Source: Eledone cirrhosa (Eukaryota). From it: a stretch of 64,000 nt of DNA. This document shows positions 44,417 to 59,469 of the stretch, in pieces. Below the pieces are notes generated by a model that searched no databases, was not told where the DNA came from, and was given only the letters and a program-made list of their open reading frames with translations. The stretch is from NCBI GenBank assembly GCA_964016885.1, contig OZ024752.1, forward strand, positions 1,302,001 through 1,366,000, read 5' to 3'. Position 1 is the stretch's first letter; each line of letters opens with the position of its first letter. The position numbers and the translations under genes are program-made.

Positions 44417-44460
44417 ACCGTCCTGAAGAATGCCAGTCAAACCTGAAATGCATAGACGGT
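44417..44460 (+). ncRNA. Minimal hammerhead, core intact, stem II mutated
   Basis: ACCGTC-CTGAAGA-ATGCcagtcaaACCT-GAAA-TGCA-TA-GACGGT. Confidence 0.7.
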
Positions 44461-44695
44461 TGTCCCCCTTGCTTCTGCTGGACACCACCAGAGGGCGCTA
44501 GCCCCGTTATTTGCATAGCTACGGCTTCCTAAAACCGTGTTTCTTTAGAAATACGAAATTTTTATACATATTTGTACAAAGCTATGCTTGAAGCGAAATC
44601 CTATTTCTTATATATATATTACCCACTCTACTACCCTAAGTATTGAGTACTTTGGTGCGTTATGGTCCACCTGGTTCCTTACCACATTTCCTTCG

Positions 44696-44757
<62 letters not shown>

Positions 44758-44949
44758 AAGGAAAATAATGACTTCAATTGTAATTCTAAACAATTTGATT
44801 TAATTTTATATAATGATTTGTTAGATCGACTAAATCATAATAATATAAAATTAAATGAAACTGTTTCGAACTACAAGTGAAGTCATTCTTTTTCCTCTTT
44901 TTAAATATACCTAACGGTACCAAGGATTTCACACATTTTCTAATATATA

Positions 44950-46012
44950 TATATAATGAAAAATTAGAAATAAAAGTTAGGAATATCCATCATCAGTTGC
45001 CTACTAGGCATCATAGGTATTTCTTCGTATTAGAGACAATATCCCTCCGCCCAGGGAGATTCAATAACTATAATAAGTTATTGGAAGTTAAGAGAAGTGG
45101 GTGTAGAAAGAGAAAGAAAGGTGAACAGACACGATGGTTGAAGCAACGTAATGAGAGGAAAAAATGAAAAGGTCAAGTCAATAATTCATTTCGAACATAA
45201 GAACGGGCGGATTTTGGCGAGGAGGTAAAGACACGACTTGACTGTACGGGTGTGAACGAGAAGAAAGACCGCGTACAGTGTTGGACGATGGAGGAAGGGA
45301 GAGAGAGGGTGAGTAGAAGAGAGTGAGTGAGTGAAAGTGCGAGGAAGAGGCTAGCCGAGAGGGGGTGACTAGCAGAGCGGGTGAGTGAAAGTAAGAGGGA
45401 GAAAGAGAGAGAATGGATAGAGAAAGAGGATAGCAGCAAGGGAAGAGAAAAAAGGCAGGTCACAGCAGAGAGGGAAGCATATATGAATAAAAAAAGGCGA
45501 GCTGTGTGTTGCATATAACACATTTGCAACAACACAGCTCTGCTGTGACCTGCATTTTTTTTCTTGCCTTGCTGCTATCGTCTTTTTCTGCGCATTCTCT
45601 CTCTCCTTCTCCTTCTTACTTTCACTCACCCCCTCTGCTAGCAACCTCTCTTCCTCGCACTTTCACTCACTGACACCCGTACGGTCAAGTCGTGTCTTTA
45701 CCTCCTCGCCAAAATCTGCCCGTTCTTATGTTCGAAATGAATTATTGACTTGACCTTTTCATTTTTTCCTCTCATTACGTTGCTTCAACCATCGTGTCTG
45801 TTCACCTTTCTTTCTCTTTCTCCACCCACTTCTCTTTATCCCAATAACTTACTTTAGTTATTGAATCGTCCTAGGCTGAGGTATATTGTCTTTAATGCGA
45901 AGAAATACCTATGAAGCCTAGTAGACAACTGATGATGGATAATCCTAACTTCTATTTCTTATTTTTCATTTTTCATTATACTTATTTGCAACAACGCAGC
46001 TCGCCATTTTTG

Positions 46013-46015
<3 letters not shown>
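44950..46015. repeat. About 1-kb fold-back inverted repeat between TA tracts
   Basis: 44955-45470 is the imperfect reverse complement of 45538-45970; 45480-45518 is inverted again at 45981-46018. Confidence 0.85.
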
Positions 46016-46049
<34 letters not shown>

Positions 46050-47121
46050 TAAAAGGAAAAGAAAATGCTGACAAATTGTTCCCAGTGAAAAATAGTTTAA
46101 TTAGGAATAAGTAAAAATTAGTAATAGTATTGGTTAGTATTCAGTTTTGGTTTTAAGTTTTTACCGGTTGCGCAGTTCTAATGCTTTTCAAAAATAATTT
46201 TGAGATAGAGCGCCCGTGATCTTTGCTCTAATCTGATTAGTTTTGGAAATTCTACCTGTCTTATGTAAAAAAAGTGGCTCCAGATGTATGAAAAAATTCT
46301 TGTGGTCAAAACAATTTTGATTGGTCGTTGGAGGTCATGTGAATGTTAATATATATATATATATATATATATTTTGTTATACTTGGGGAGAGTCATATTG
46401 CTGTAATAATATTGCCAGAATTAATAACAGAAGACACTCACTGTTTGGTTGGTTTTCGCTTCTGTATATATCAGTTAATTTATTCGGTTAATTTATTCGG
46501 TCATCAATGTTTACCATTGACTGACCAACGGTCAAAAATACAGGTACAATACAGTTACAAAGTTCTTTCGTTGCACATATGCAACATCGTCAGTGGTGCT
46601 ATTATGTTTCCTCCTGTTGTATTGTATGTCTACGCCATCTTTATTTAATCTGTTTATTCATTTATTTATTTTTGTCTTCTTCTCTGCGCATGCGCTTGCG
46701 TGTGTGTATAGTGTTTGGTGTGTGTACGTGTTTGGGTGACTGTATTTTGGTTATTGTTTTCTATCTTAGTTTACTTGTGTGTGTTTATATGTGTTTGTTG
46801 TTATTGTGCTTGTGTATGTATGCATTTATTTATTTATTTATTTATTTATATTTCTCTTAGGTCAGTATTGTTTGTTTGTGTATTGTTGCTATTCCATTCA
46901 TTCTTTCTGTTTAACTTTGGCCTTCTAAGTTCTATTTCACTGGTCTCTCTGATTTGCCTATCTGCTGGGTCATTTCTATGTTTAGATATTATTTTAATTT
47001 CTATGTTGTCTATGTTACCGTCATGTTGTTGTCTGGCGTGTTCGTATAGTACTGAACCGTTTTTTCATCCTTTTAGTTCCCCTCCCCAGTATTGGTCTAT
47101 CATTTCACCTATGCTACGGGC

Positions 47122-47153
<32 letters not shown>

Positions 47154-47172
47154 TGAGATAGATAGATAGATG

Positions 47173-47208
<36 letters not shown>

Positions 47209-47657
47209 TATTATTGTATGTAGCAGAACAATTGTATCTAGCTACTGATACTAAATATCATATTTATGTTTAAATGGTGTAAGTTTTAGTCAAATGCAGG
47301 GCGGATATTCTGTAAGACTAAACAAAGAAAGATAACATTAAGAAACAAACAAGCAAGATCTTGAATCCCGAGCAAATGAGATACCATTACATGTTTTCCA
47401 TATATATAGAAATTATTTAGGTTGTTGTATATCAGATACTAAATAGTAGACATGCATCAATTTACCCACGTGAACGCAGCATACACTTTCAAACGTAATG
47501 TGAGACGGAAAACACACACACACAAATCCAAACCATTACGTATATTTCAAAGGCATTACTTGTTACCTATTTCATACGATGTCATCAGACAGGTGTTGAA
47601 CAATATGTCGTATTTGCTTTTGTTTTTTTATAAGCCTGTTGTTGGAAGGATGTTATT

Positions 47658-47843
47658 GGGCGGTGGATTGGCAGTATTGGTAGAGGGTCAGACATGCTTT
47701 CCAGCGTAGTTACGGCCCCTTACAATCTGAGTTCAAATCCCGCTGAGGTTAACTTTGCCTTTCATCCTTAGGGGATCGATAAAATAAAGTACCAGTAATG
47801 TACTGAGTAATTGCTGACCTTGTGTCAAAAGTAGAAACAGTTA
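47658..47843 (+). mobile_element. tRNA-derived SINE
   Basis: Family homology. Confidence 0.85.
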
Positions 47844-47921
47844 TTTATATGTGTTAAAGAGGTCATATGCTACATCACACTTCAACGCACACACACACAC
47901 ACTCACTCACACACACTCACT

Positions 47922-47952
<31 letters not shown>

Positions 47953-48110
47953 GATATATATGCAAATTTATAAGTATACTCTAACATCTTGCTACATTTG
48001 GTCCCAATACCAAATATATGTATGTATGCAATTGTATACCTTGTATACGCTGACAGAGAGACAAAAAGACTCACACCCTCTCTCGCTCTCTCTCTTTCAC
48101 ACACACTTAT

Positions 48111-48188
<78 letters not shown>

Positions 48189-49010
48189 GGAGTGATAGAG
48201 AGAAGGTGAGAGAATAGGTAAACTGTGAGTTAATGTTTCATGTTATTGTCATTTAATGCAATGTTTACTTCATAATCAAAAGTAGAAATGGTTTAGCTAT
48301 ATAACTGGAGTAGCATATCAGGAGAATGACGATATAGATATATCTACCAATTAATGCAAGGAAAACTTCAAATGATTACATCAAAGATAGACTCGATTAG
48401 AATATTTCTAATATATGAATAATATAATATAATAAAAATATAAATTGATTAATCAAGAAATTTATTTAATAGTGACACATGGATCCAATTAAGATAAGCG
48501 TTGAGACAAATATAACTGATATTGAAGTAAAATTGTGGTTCAAAGCGATACGGCTTCCTATTTCATAAATACTGAACTAATTAATCATTCGGCAGATGGA
48601 ATCCGAAAAAGATAACAAATTTAAATTTGCGTTATCTCGTCACGATCCAAAATGTGACATTTTTTTTTCAACACGGAAGGATAATAAATTTCAAAATAAT
48701 GAGAGAATGAGAGAATATCTCAACGCATTATATACGCGCTCGTTCGTTTTAACATTAACATTCACCGAAACGACCCATGTTCTTACAAATAGAGGAATGA
48801 ATTTAACACATAATTCGAAGAATATATTTTTGCTGCATGATATATATCTAATATTTTTTATATATTTTATTCGCTTTTGTTAGTATTAATGTTTTGGAGC
48901 GAGGAACATATCAGATAATGAACATAATTATCTGCGATGCGAAACCACCTATCCATAATCTCCGTAAGCAATTTTGTATTGCAGAAAGATTATTTTCGTT
49001 ATGATACATA

Positions 49011-49137
<127 letters not shown>

Positions 49138-49163
49138 ATGAGAATAAACGTGCTGCGTGGATG

Positions 49164-49207
<44 letters not shown>

Positions 49208-49241
49208 CTTACATATATATATATATATAATAACGAATATA

Positions 49242-51749
49242 ATGGCTCCTTCTAGTAGAGCTGACATATATAGAATTACCGGTATGTTGATCAAGGACTA
49301 TCTTCCTTTGTCTCTAAAGAACATACCTATCCCATCTAGGGATACATATGAAAAACTACTGATTAATAATGTCAACTGTTTTATTAAAAGAGTTAGATTG
49401 AGGGCTTTCCACTATGATAGGAACAGCGCTGTGAACGATCAAGATGCAGCTTCGTTTGAAACATACGGCTTCAAAACATATAAAAGCCCTCCACACAATA
49501 TCTTACTGGACTCATTTGAAAACGACCTTGTGTCACTTGTTAAACGGATTAAATACAGGAAATACTACAATCGGAAGAACAACTTCCTAAATAACCTAAA
49601 TTCCACCATAAAAATATTTAATAAGAATAGGAATAATTTAGTACTATTTGATAAAACTAAAAACATATATAGCCTAGATTACGATACATATAGAGAATTT
49701 ATATATAAAGAACTTTACAGTAACTACAAAAAAACATCTCATAAAAACCTGGATGTCATAAATATTGAAGCCCGTAGTTTAATATGTAAATTAGGACTAG
49801 AGAGATATACTCAACCGTACACCCATAATCCCCCACGATTCTCTCTGAAAGACCAATCCTCCAATTAGACTTATTTGCCCATCCAGATCCGATATTGGTA
49901 TTATTAGTAACATTTTTTTAGATAAAGTAATCCCCCAAATTAAACAAAAATTCATTTTAACCTCTGGGGAAACACTAGTGAAGTAATCGAATGGTTTAAT
50001 GGTATTAATGAAAATAATAAGAAATTCATCCAATTTAATATAAACTCCTACTACATCTCTAGTTCACCTATCCTCCTAAATAAAGCATTAATAATGGCCA
50101 TGAACAATAGTGAACTCACTAGATCCCAGGTAGATATAATCCTTGCTGCCAGGAAAATAATAATTAAATTTGAAGACCAACTATGGATCCGCAAGAATAC
50201 ACCCAACAACTTCGATATCACCATGGGATCTAGTGACTCGGCACAGGTAAACGACTTAGTCGGTCTATTTCTCTTAAACGAAATACACAAGAACCTACCT
50301 TACCTTAACGGTGGCCTCTACCGAGACGACGCACATTTCCTCTTGGACTATAAAAAATTCAATATAGAAAGAACTAGAAAACAATTACATAAAATATTTA
50401 AAAACTATAACTTGGGTATCACTTTAGATAAAAACATCAAACATGTTAACTTCCTGGACGTCACTCTCTACTTAGACTCTAAAAAATATCACCTTATCAT
50501 AAACCTAATGAAAAACCTTTCTATGTTAATACCAATTCTAACCACCACAAATGTGTACTGACCTCAATCATTAAATAGGTATCTAATAGAATCTCTAGCC
50601 TTTCTTACAACGAGAATACATTTACTCGTAACTCCCAATGCTATTAGCCCGTTCTGGCCATAGAGATAAAATTAAATTTAAACCTAAATCGTCAACCACC
50701 AATAAACAACCTAATATAATTTCACACAACATTGCCCTGAATAAAATTAAATATGATCATAGTATTGAAAATCCCGACTCCTATACAGAGGGCACCATAA
50801 AAAAGTTAAATCACACCACAGCAATAATCCTAAGAAAAACCACAGAAAGAAAAATATAGATAAGAAGGAACCTAACTCCACACTAAACAGTAGTATGAAT
50901 AACAACCATAAGAAGAATAGAAGAAGTGGTAACATATTTTTTAATCCTCCGTTCAACTTAAATGTATCAACAAACATACCTAAAGTTGTCTTCTCTACTC
51001 TTGACAAAAACTTCCCAACTAACCATAAATACCACAACCTATTTAACAAAAATACAATTAAAATCTACTCTACCACACCTAACATAGCAGACCATATAGC
51101 CAGCGCCAACAAGAGAAAGATTAAAAAGTATTTCAAATTACACCGAAATAATAATGTCCAGCATAGAAATCACCTGAACAATAACACAGTACAAGACCAT
51201 ACAGCAAGTAACACTAATATCAATAATAATAATACTCACCATAATCATAATACTAGAAGTAGAAACAGAAACAACCACTAAAATGCATACCCCCTTAACT
51301 AGTATACTAGTTACCAAAACAATTGTAATTGTAGACCTAACAAGACATGCCCATTAAATAGGAACTGCCTAATTAAAGACATTACCTACTCCGGTACTGT
51401 AACCGCTAATCACATCTCGAAAGTATATATAGGCTCAACATCGAATAGCTTTAAGACCATATATAATTCATACCTTAATTCGTTCAGACACACTAAACTT
51501 AGCAACGTAACCTCACTATCCACATACATACACTCATTAAAATCAAGTAACATACCATACACCTTAAAATGGGAAGTGATAGCTAAGGTCCCCTCATATA
51601 GACCACCTAACACATTTTGCAACCTTTGCCTCCTCGAGTCTAGAAATATTATTCACTCTAATCTTAGCCTACTAAATAGGAAATCAGAGATCTTCTCCAC
51701 GTGTCCACATTACCATAGATTCTCGTTTCACTACTTTAAACCTAGTAAC

Positions 51750-51752
<3 letters not shown>
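49242..51752 (+). mobile_element. Penelope-like retroelement (Naiad-type) RT plus GIY-YIG ORF, frameshifted
   Basis: [18 protein letters not shown]; FDITMGSSDSAQVNDLVGL; GLYRDD; VNFLDVTL; IFFNPPF; CNCR..CPL..NCL; VYIGST; CNLC..LNRKSEIFSTCPH; several stops and frameshifts. Confidence 0.85.
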
Positions 51753-51782
<30 letters not shown>

Positions 51783-52083
51783 TAAAAATAAAGACCAATG
51801 TCGGAGATAACACTAGACCACCACCTTTTAATTTATCCAATTAGACCTTCATGAATATAGGACTACACCTTAATTAAAAGACCACACTAACCTACATACA
51901 GTCAATAAACTCCTGTTTGATCTCTTTCCTTATACAATTAAAAAAATAATATAGACTGTAATATACTCTCAATATATAACACCAACTAAATAGCAGATAA
52001 CTGTGTATATAACACCAATTACTCCAGTATATATTATGCAACTCACTATCCTGTCATAAAAAACTTCAACTCTCTCTACACAA

Positions 52084-52146
<63 letters not shown>

Positions 52147-52504
52147 ATAATAATAAATTTGAAGGCTAAAATCCAAAGAGGGCTCGATAAGGATAAATAT
52201 ATATCCAATATATAAGAACCTGAGAGCAACTATTTATTAAAATAACAGATTAAAGTTTATATATATATGTATATATTAAAGTTTATATATATATATATAT
52301 ATAAATTTTAGTACAGCATTAACGAAGCTTTAGTTCGCGGCCAAACTAACGAATGAAAATTCGGTATGTAGCTTTAGCACTCGGATGGAGAAAAGTACCC
52401 CAGAGTAATAACAATACGTTTAGACAGCTTAGCAAATCAAATATAGCGATCGGCAGTCCAGCCACATCACCAGAGCAACGAAAATACAAGCCTCAGGAAA
52501 AGAT

Positions 52505-52553
<49 letters not shown>

Positions 52554-53525
52554 ATATATATATATATATGCATTCTCACACCTTGTATTATATATACATA
52601 TACTAACTATGTAAAAACTATCTAGTTCTAATAAAATAATAAAAACATGTTTTTAACTCCCTCCACACAAGTTTAAAAGATAACAATTATATAACCAATA
52701 ATATTTTATATACTCTATGAAGATTAATTTATAACATTACTACAATATTAAAACAACCCTTAATTTATCAACAACCTTAATTACCTCCATTTGTTATTAA
52801 CACCCTTTACAACTTCCTGTGTAAACTTATAAAATTAAGCAACCTAACGGTTTACCAACAGTTTAATAACGGTTAATACAAACCCTAGAAAATATAAATT
52901 GTAGATAAAATTGCATAAGATATTATACCTACAATAACAACATGGCCAGAATTCGGCGGAATTTACATTTTTTACAAACAAACACCTATTGACTATAAAC
53001 GACTCAAAATAATCCCATGGTTAATATCTGTGAGTAACAAACAACATATACACATACATACGAACTACAACTCAAAAACACTTGAATGAAAATCACATAT
53101 ACAACTCTATCACGTGCTTTGCTTTACACCTCACATAACTACATTATCACCACATGCCTCTCTAACAAATTGCACACTATCTTAAACATGTATAACGGTT
53201 ATAACATGCTTTAACACCCCACACAAAATATGTTTATTTCAACTGCATTATAACTCTTTGCTCATACATGGCTTATTGACTGTATTGACTCCTGCATTGT
53301 ACACCAACTTTCATTGCTTATAACGTTTTTACCTGTATTTTTTTGCTTGTCCTTTTTACTTATACCTCTTACACTTTCAACCAGTGCTGCCTGTAATTGT
53401 GTTCTTTCAAGCAGAACATCTTTTTAACTCCTGACTCTCCACATGATGCCTATGACACTAACAACAATTATGTACCTTAAATGTTCTAAATGACTAGGAT
53501 CTTAGTAACATGTTTCGACATTACT

Positions 53526-53579
53526 TATGCTCCGATGATTCCAGACTTCCCTCTGGAAGATACAATGGTCAGCAAATAA
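53526..53579 (+). ncRNA. Degenerate hammerhead, possibly in the 3' pLTR of the upstream PLE
   Basis: TGCT-CCGATGA-TTCCAGA cttccc TCTGGAA-GATA-CAATGG-TC-AGCA; two core mutations; about 35 nt before (TA)n. Confidence 0.55.
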
Positions 53580-53649
53580 ATGTTCTAAACTAAAATTTTA
53601 TCGTTTTAACACTTTATATATATATATATATATATACATACACAAACAC

Positions 53650-53694
<45 letters not shown>

Positions 53695-53737
53695 TAAATA
53701 TATATATATATATATATATACATACACACACACATAA

Positions 53738-53770
<33 letters not shown>

Positions 53771-54040
53771 TAAATATATATATATATATATATAAATATA
53801 TATATTATAGAAACAGCCGCCATGTACTGTGTTCAAAGATATATATCTAAATATCCACCGTATGTTTTTTAAAATGGCCAGAAATTCATTGAATAATAAT
53901 GAACCAATTCGAAGTAATGATAGAAAAAATCATTATTCATTTCATAGAAATTGTTATTCAAAGAAAAGTATTGTTTCCTTTTTTAATATCAGTTGTTTTA
54001 GATTGAAGAAGTGCAATCGAAATATATTCCAATTAATTCG

Positions 54041-54134
<94 letters not shown>

Positions 54135-54480
54135 GAAAGATATATATATACACACATACATTTATATATATATCACGTGATTAGAAAGCAGAGCTGGGAT
54201 TTGAAACTTTAATTGAATTAGTAACCTCACCGTATTGGTTGACTACTGATAACAGTCTCACAATAGCATAGCGTATTAGATACTGGAGCGGAACATAAGA
54301 GGTGTTGGTTCGATCCCAACAGACGCAATGGAAAAACAGTTGAGGATGAAATATACATATATATATAATATAACTGAACAAAAAAGGAAAACGAACACAG
54401 ACATATACATATATGTGTTCAAATCGCATGGGACCAGATTTGCTAAGGTGAAAAGAATACTAACTATACACAATAGGGTT

Positions 54481-54564
<84 letters not shown>

Positions 54565-54571
<7 letters not shown>

Positions 54572-54690
54572 AAGAATGAAGAATAACATGGTCAACAGTA
54601 CAAAAAGGGTTTTATTTGAAACAATTGTTAATAATGTAAATAAAACCCTGTTTGTACCGTTGACCATGTTATTCTTTACTCTTTCACTAT
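54565..54690. repeat. (TA)n-adjacent fold-back palindrome
   Basis: atagtgaaaga..ggttttattt / aaataaaacc..tctttcactat. Confidence 0.85.
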
Positions 54691-54869
54691 TATTACTCCA
54701 AGATTAACCTGCTTAGGAAAATCCCGGGAACTCACCACCTAACTAAGGAAACCTCTTGTTGAGTCAAACAACGCTGTACGTTAAATCTATCCACAATACA
54801 GTGTACTCACAACCTCTAACTGGATTACCTATAACGATAATTTGTTATCCCATATATATATATGTAATC

Positions 54870-55245
54870 TAAAATCAGGGGTCGCTCTTCTTCTGAATGT
54901 CAACAATAGTTCCCTTCTAACTCGAGCGGGAGCGCCTTTCCATTCTCAATTTGCATTGATCATCTGCAAAGCCGCATTGTTCTCAGAACCACTACACTAG
55001 TCTTTCGATACGTGCAGCTGGAACTACTTCCACCCACTGATTTGGCGGGATTTTTTTTTCTTTTTAGATGGGTGTTGACTCTTATGAGTTCTTCCACCCT
55101 TTGTCAGATTTTGTTTTTTGTCCTGCAGGATGTCCAAAATCACCCTCCTCACCAAGTAAACTTAGTGGGGTTGCGGGCTTAGTCGCCGACGACCCGACCA
55201 TGTGACAGGTTGTACTGGGTTACATGCTACCAGTAGCACTCAATA
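54870..55245 (-). mobile_element. Dispersed repeat, probably an RTE-clade LINE 5' fragment
   Basis: Inverted homologs at 58757-58945 and 62402-62545; the decayed minus translation loosely resembles an APE N-terminus. Confidence 0.5.
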
Positions 55246-55824
55246 GTATATATATATATTTCATGCCCAACTGTTTTTTCCTTTAGTGTTTAAGAATGCG
55301 TGTGTATATTGTATACACACATTTATATATAAAATATGAACCTAATTATGACTGCTGTTGTATGAAATAATAGACTATTGTTGCCACACAACCATCTTCC
55401 ACCACCGCCACCATTTACTCAATCACATGACCAGCAATGACACACCTTACTCGTCGGTAATGGCCAATTTCTCCATATCTATAACCACAGGCGTACACGA
55501 ATGTGTGAATGAAGGCGATGGTCGGATGTGCTTGCGCATATATATTTTTGTGTGTATTTGTATGTTTTTCTATGAGTGTGTCACTTTCTTTTGCCTTCCA
55601 CCTTTCTTTCCTCGCTTCCATCCACTGACTGAACAACCCCGATGTATTTTAACGTTATTTGTTTTGCTTTATATTATTTTGTTTATCTATTTGTTTGTTT
55701 TGGTTTGTTTGAATTTGTCCTGACTCTTGCCACACTCTAGAAAATTACAGACCTATATTATAGGGCTTTTGATATGAAATATTACTCGTTTGGAAGATGC
55801 TAGTACACTAGCTTTCGAAACAGT

Positions 55825-55904
<80 letters not shown>

Positions 55905-57040
55905 TACCAGGAGGAAGAGACCGGAATGTTGTGACCTCCTATAGTACCATCGTTAGTATTTGAAACAGTAATTCTTAAATCCGATGCTTTCATTTAATAG
56001 GCAACTTGTGTTATTTATAATTACACTTCTGTTCACAATTACAGTGAGTTAACGAATTCTGTGTATAAACTAGATACTCTGGAATTAAATACATGTGTGT
56101 ATCCTGACATTTGAAATTATGTCTCTGTCTCTGTTTTTACATGTGAGTGTACATATTACATTCATACCTAATGTATGAATTGAAAGGTTGTTAGTTTGTA
56201 TTGATTGAATTTTAGAATAATGTTTAAGAGTTAATAGAATTTGATAGCATTTCAAGAACTTTTAATTATTATAGCAGTAATGTTTTGTTTACCAATTTTT
56301 AGCAGACATTTGAAATGATTTAAACGCAATTAAAATGAATGACTAGCCTAAACAGAGGGCTAGCAATAAAACATAGCGCCAACAAAAATATTAAATTCAC
56401 CAAACCCGATAAACTCATTTATATTCAATGTAAATTATTTTCCTAATGACAATGTAGCTTTATATTCGTTTTAATGGTCATTTAAAAAAAAAAAGAACAT
56501 CACTTCAGGATATAAAATAATGAAACTGAAAAAATATATTAGAAAAATATAAATTTATAATGGCGATAGCTTAATTTTTTTTATCCATTTCTTAAGTACA
56601 TGTAAGTGCTGTTGGACTCTCACTTGGAAATAAACGATATTTTTTTTTGTTTAATCATAAATATTCCTCACGCTATTGCATAGCAACTAGTGATTGGAAT
56701 TCCTGTACAGTTTTCAATTTTACACAACTGCATGCCTTGGGAAATATTATTTTTTACTGCAAATGCCATTAAAGAATGTCGTTTAGAGATATAACTGTCC
56801 AATCAATACGTGAATTTACAACTTGCCACTATTGAGTTCAGCTGCAAAACTACTATCTTAGCTGCAATGAAACCCACTGACAGTTTATTAAAAATAAAGA
56901 ATACAGAAGCGACAATAGAAAGAACTGCTATAATGCATCAATAAAACAGAACTTGTGCACGTATTTCTTATCTTTATTGATGGGCGGATGCTGAAGTATT
57001 TAAATTCTTCAACGTTGACTAATAAAACTTTGAAACATAC

Positions 57041-57124
57041 CGTCCTGTAAACTACATAATAAAACGCACTCATACGTGCAGGCGCACGCACGGGAATCGA
57101 AAATCTTAATCTTGATATTAATAT
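57041..57124 (-). pseudogene. Candidate 84-nt exon (phase 1-1), open
   Basis: tcttactttacag|DINIKIKIFDSRACACTYECVLLCSLQD|gtatgt. Confidence 0.5.
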
Positions 57125-57510
57125 CTGTAAAGTAAGATTTTAACGAACGCTTTTCCTAAATGTCCTACAAATGTCCAAAAAACGAGGGATTGATTTCATT
57201 AAAATATTTGAACATAAAATTTGAGTTTTCTCCCTAAAATACCTGCCAAACGTCATACAAAAGAATATCACTCTGTGGAGTTATACTATATTCAATGAAT
57301 GAAATAATGGATGCACGAGAAATGCCTCCCTTAATGGGAAATTCTAATATATATAATGAGAATAATTTTTTTGTTTTATTCCCACTCCGATGTTACTTTT
57401 AGAAAGCAAATGGTTGTGGATAAGGCATCGGTAAACATCTTGCACCATTTTTCAGATGAATAAAATCACATGAGTCAAAGTAAAATGGAGAATGGCAATG
57501 ATCAATTCAC

Positions 57511-57628
57511 CTGCTTTCTGGTGGGATACTGATGCAGTGACATGGCACTGAAACGGTCCGGCTGGTAACTGGGTGCATGTGGAGCTGAGATCATTGTATC
57601 AGAGTAAGAAAACACATTTGCATTTTAT
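57511..57628 (-). pseudogene. Candidate exon (phase 0-1) with one in-frame TGA
   Basis: ctttatctttag|IKCKCVFLL*YNDLSSTCTQLPAGPFQCHVTASVSHQKA|gtgaat; phase matches the exon starting at 57124. Confidence 0.45.
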
Positions 57629-58030
57629 CTAAAGATAAAGGTATCTGTAGTTTTTCTTCCGTAGCAAGAACACACAATTATTGTTCGATGAAAAGGACGC
57701 CTACATTAAACATCTGATTGCGCGAAATATGCTGTTTTCTATGATGAATAAAAATGAGCACAAACAGAAACGGATATAAAACTGATATTAAGTGTGTGAA
57801 GGTCATATAAAGTTATCTGTCTACACAATAAAAAACATAGAGTTGAAATCACCGCAATTTTCACAAATGTTAGGTCTCGGAATCTGTGATAAAATTTCAA
57901 TATGCCTACGCATATATATAAATGTTTTAAAATGTAACTAAAAAACGATACATCATCCCCAGACGGACACATAGATCATCCTCTGGTTTTCAAGGATGTC
58001 AGAATGTTTCAATCAAACAAATGTCAGTTA

Positions 58031-58200
58031 ATAATTGTCTCTACTTTTGGCACAAGGCCAGCAATTATCCCAGTATATTACTGGTACTTCATTGTATCGA
58101 CCACGCAAGGATGAAAGGCAAAGTTAACCTCGGCTGGATTTGAACTCAGACCAGAAAGGGTCGTAACTCTTTGCTGCAAAGCATGGCGTCAGACCATCCA
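58031..58200 (-). mobile_element. tRNA-derived SINE, 5'-truncated
   Basis: Family homology. Confidence 0.8.
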
Positions 58201-58756
58201 GATCCTCTATCGTCAGTTAATAACGAAGGCAAGACTAATGTAGTTCTGCCCTTATTATGTTAGAGAGAATCATTGATGAGTTTCCGCTAGGATGGTTTCT
58301 TTTCTGATGCGTGTGGTGGTATGCGCCGAAACACCATATTGGTCGTAAGATCCGTTGAGTAATGCTCGATTCGTCCTATGGTATGTGCTAGTTTCACATC
58401 CTGTGTCATTATAGGATGACATAGTAATTCAGGGGTGCTACCATCGATGTATGCATTTCTTTTTGCCCTTATTGACATGTTGCTCATTGCAAATGTGTGT
58501 TGCTCTTATATGAGTAGATCCACTAAGCTATTTGTATTTTCCTGCTCTAATCCATCAGAGTTGTAAAGGTTCAGATCGTGTCCTCATACGGTACGTATGT
58601 AACCTAGCAACATAAAGTATCTTCTATGGCATTCTGGATATGCTGACGTTGCGGTCTATATTGGGCTTAATTTTCAATGAGATCTCTTTCTGTATGTCTG
58701 CATGTGTGAATATATATATATGTATGCATATCTGTATGATTGTATGTATGTAATGT

Positions 58757-59010
58757 CAGGTCGCTCACGAGTGCTACTGGTAAGATGTAACCCAGTAAAC
58801 CTGTCTCATGGTCGGGTCATCGGCGACTAAACCCGCAACCCCACCAAGCTTGATTGGTGAGGAGGGTGATAATTGGACAACCTGTGCGATGAAATACAAG
58901 ACCCGGCGAAAGGCAAAGGAACTCAGTAGAATCAACGGCCATCCAAATACCACTTTCTTTTCATCTGGGAGTGAAAGGCCCCCAGTTGTTTTCAAAACAC
59001 GTTTCTAAGA
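58757..59010 (+). mobile_element. Dispersed repeat (family of 54870-55245)
   Basis: gagtgctactggta..catggtcgggtc..ggtgaggagggtgat. Confidence 0.7.
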
Positions 59011-59131
59011 GAGGGAAACTCTGAAAAAAATCTTGCGGCTTCGGAAGCATCCGATGATATTGACCAGTTCTCCTTTTCGGGTAGTGTTTTCGATGCTCAG
59101 ACAGTGTGATTGGTCGAGTGCAAAACCTTCT

Positions 59132-59337
<206 letters not shown>

Positions 59338-59469
59338 GAAATTTTTGCTGAAAGGTAAAAGTATTACAAATATTAGAGATATTCACATTTAGAAATATAA
59401 AATATTAAAAATATTAATAATTTTAAATTGTTAAGGAGGATAGGATCATTTTGAAGGATTATAGGAATA

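Noticed and set aside
47545-47591. Minus-strand hammerhead-like string CTGATGA-catcgtat-GAAA-tagg-TA
   Set aside because: Stem II is too weak and stem III is not palindromic; may be chance
51320-51752. Selenocysteine recoding or a SECIS in the Naiad-type element
   Set aside because: Conserved Cys codons are TGT/TGC; no SECIS was recognised, and the bulged ACTC/GAGT hairpin lacks the AUGA/GA quartet
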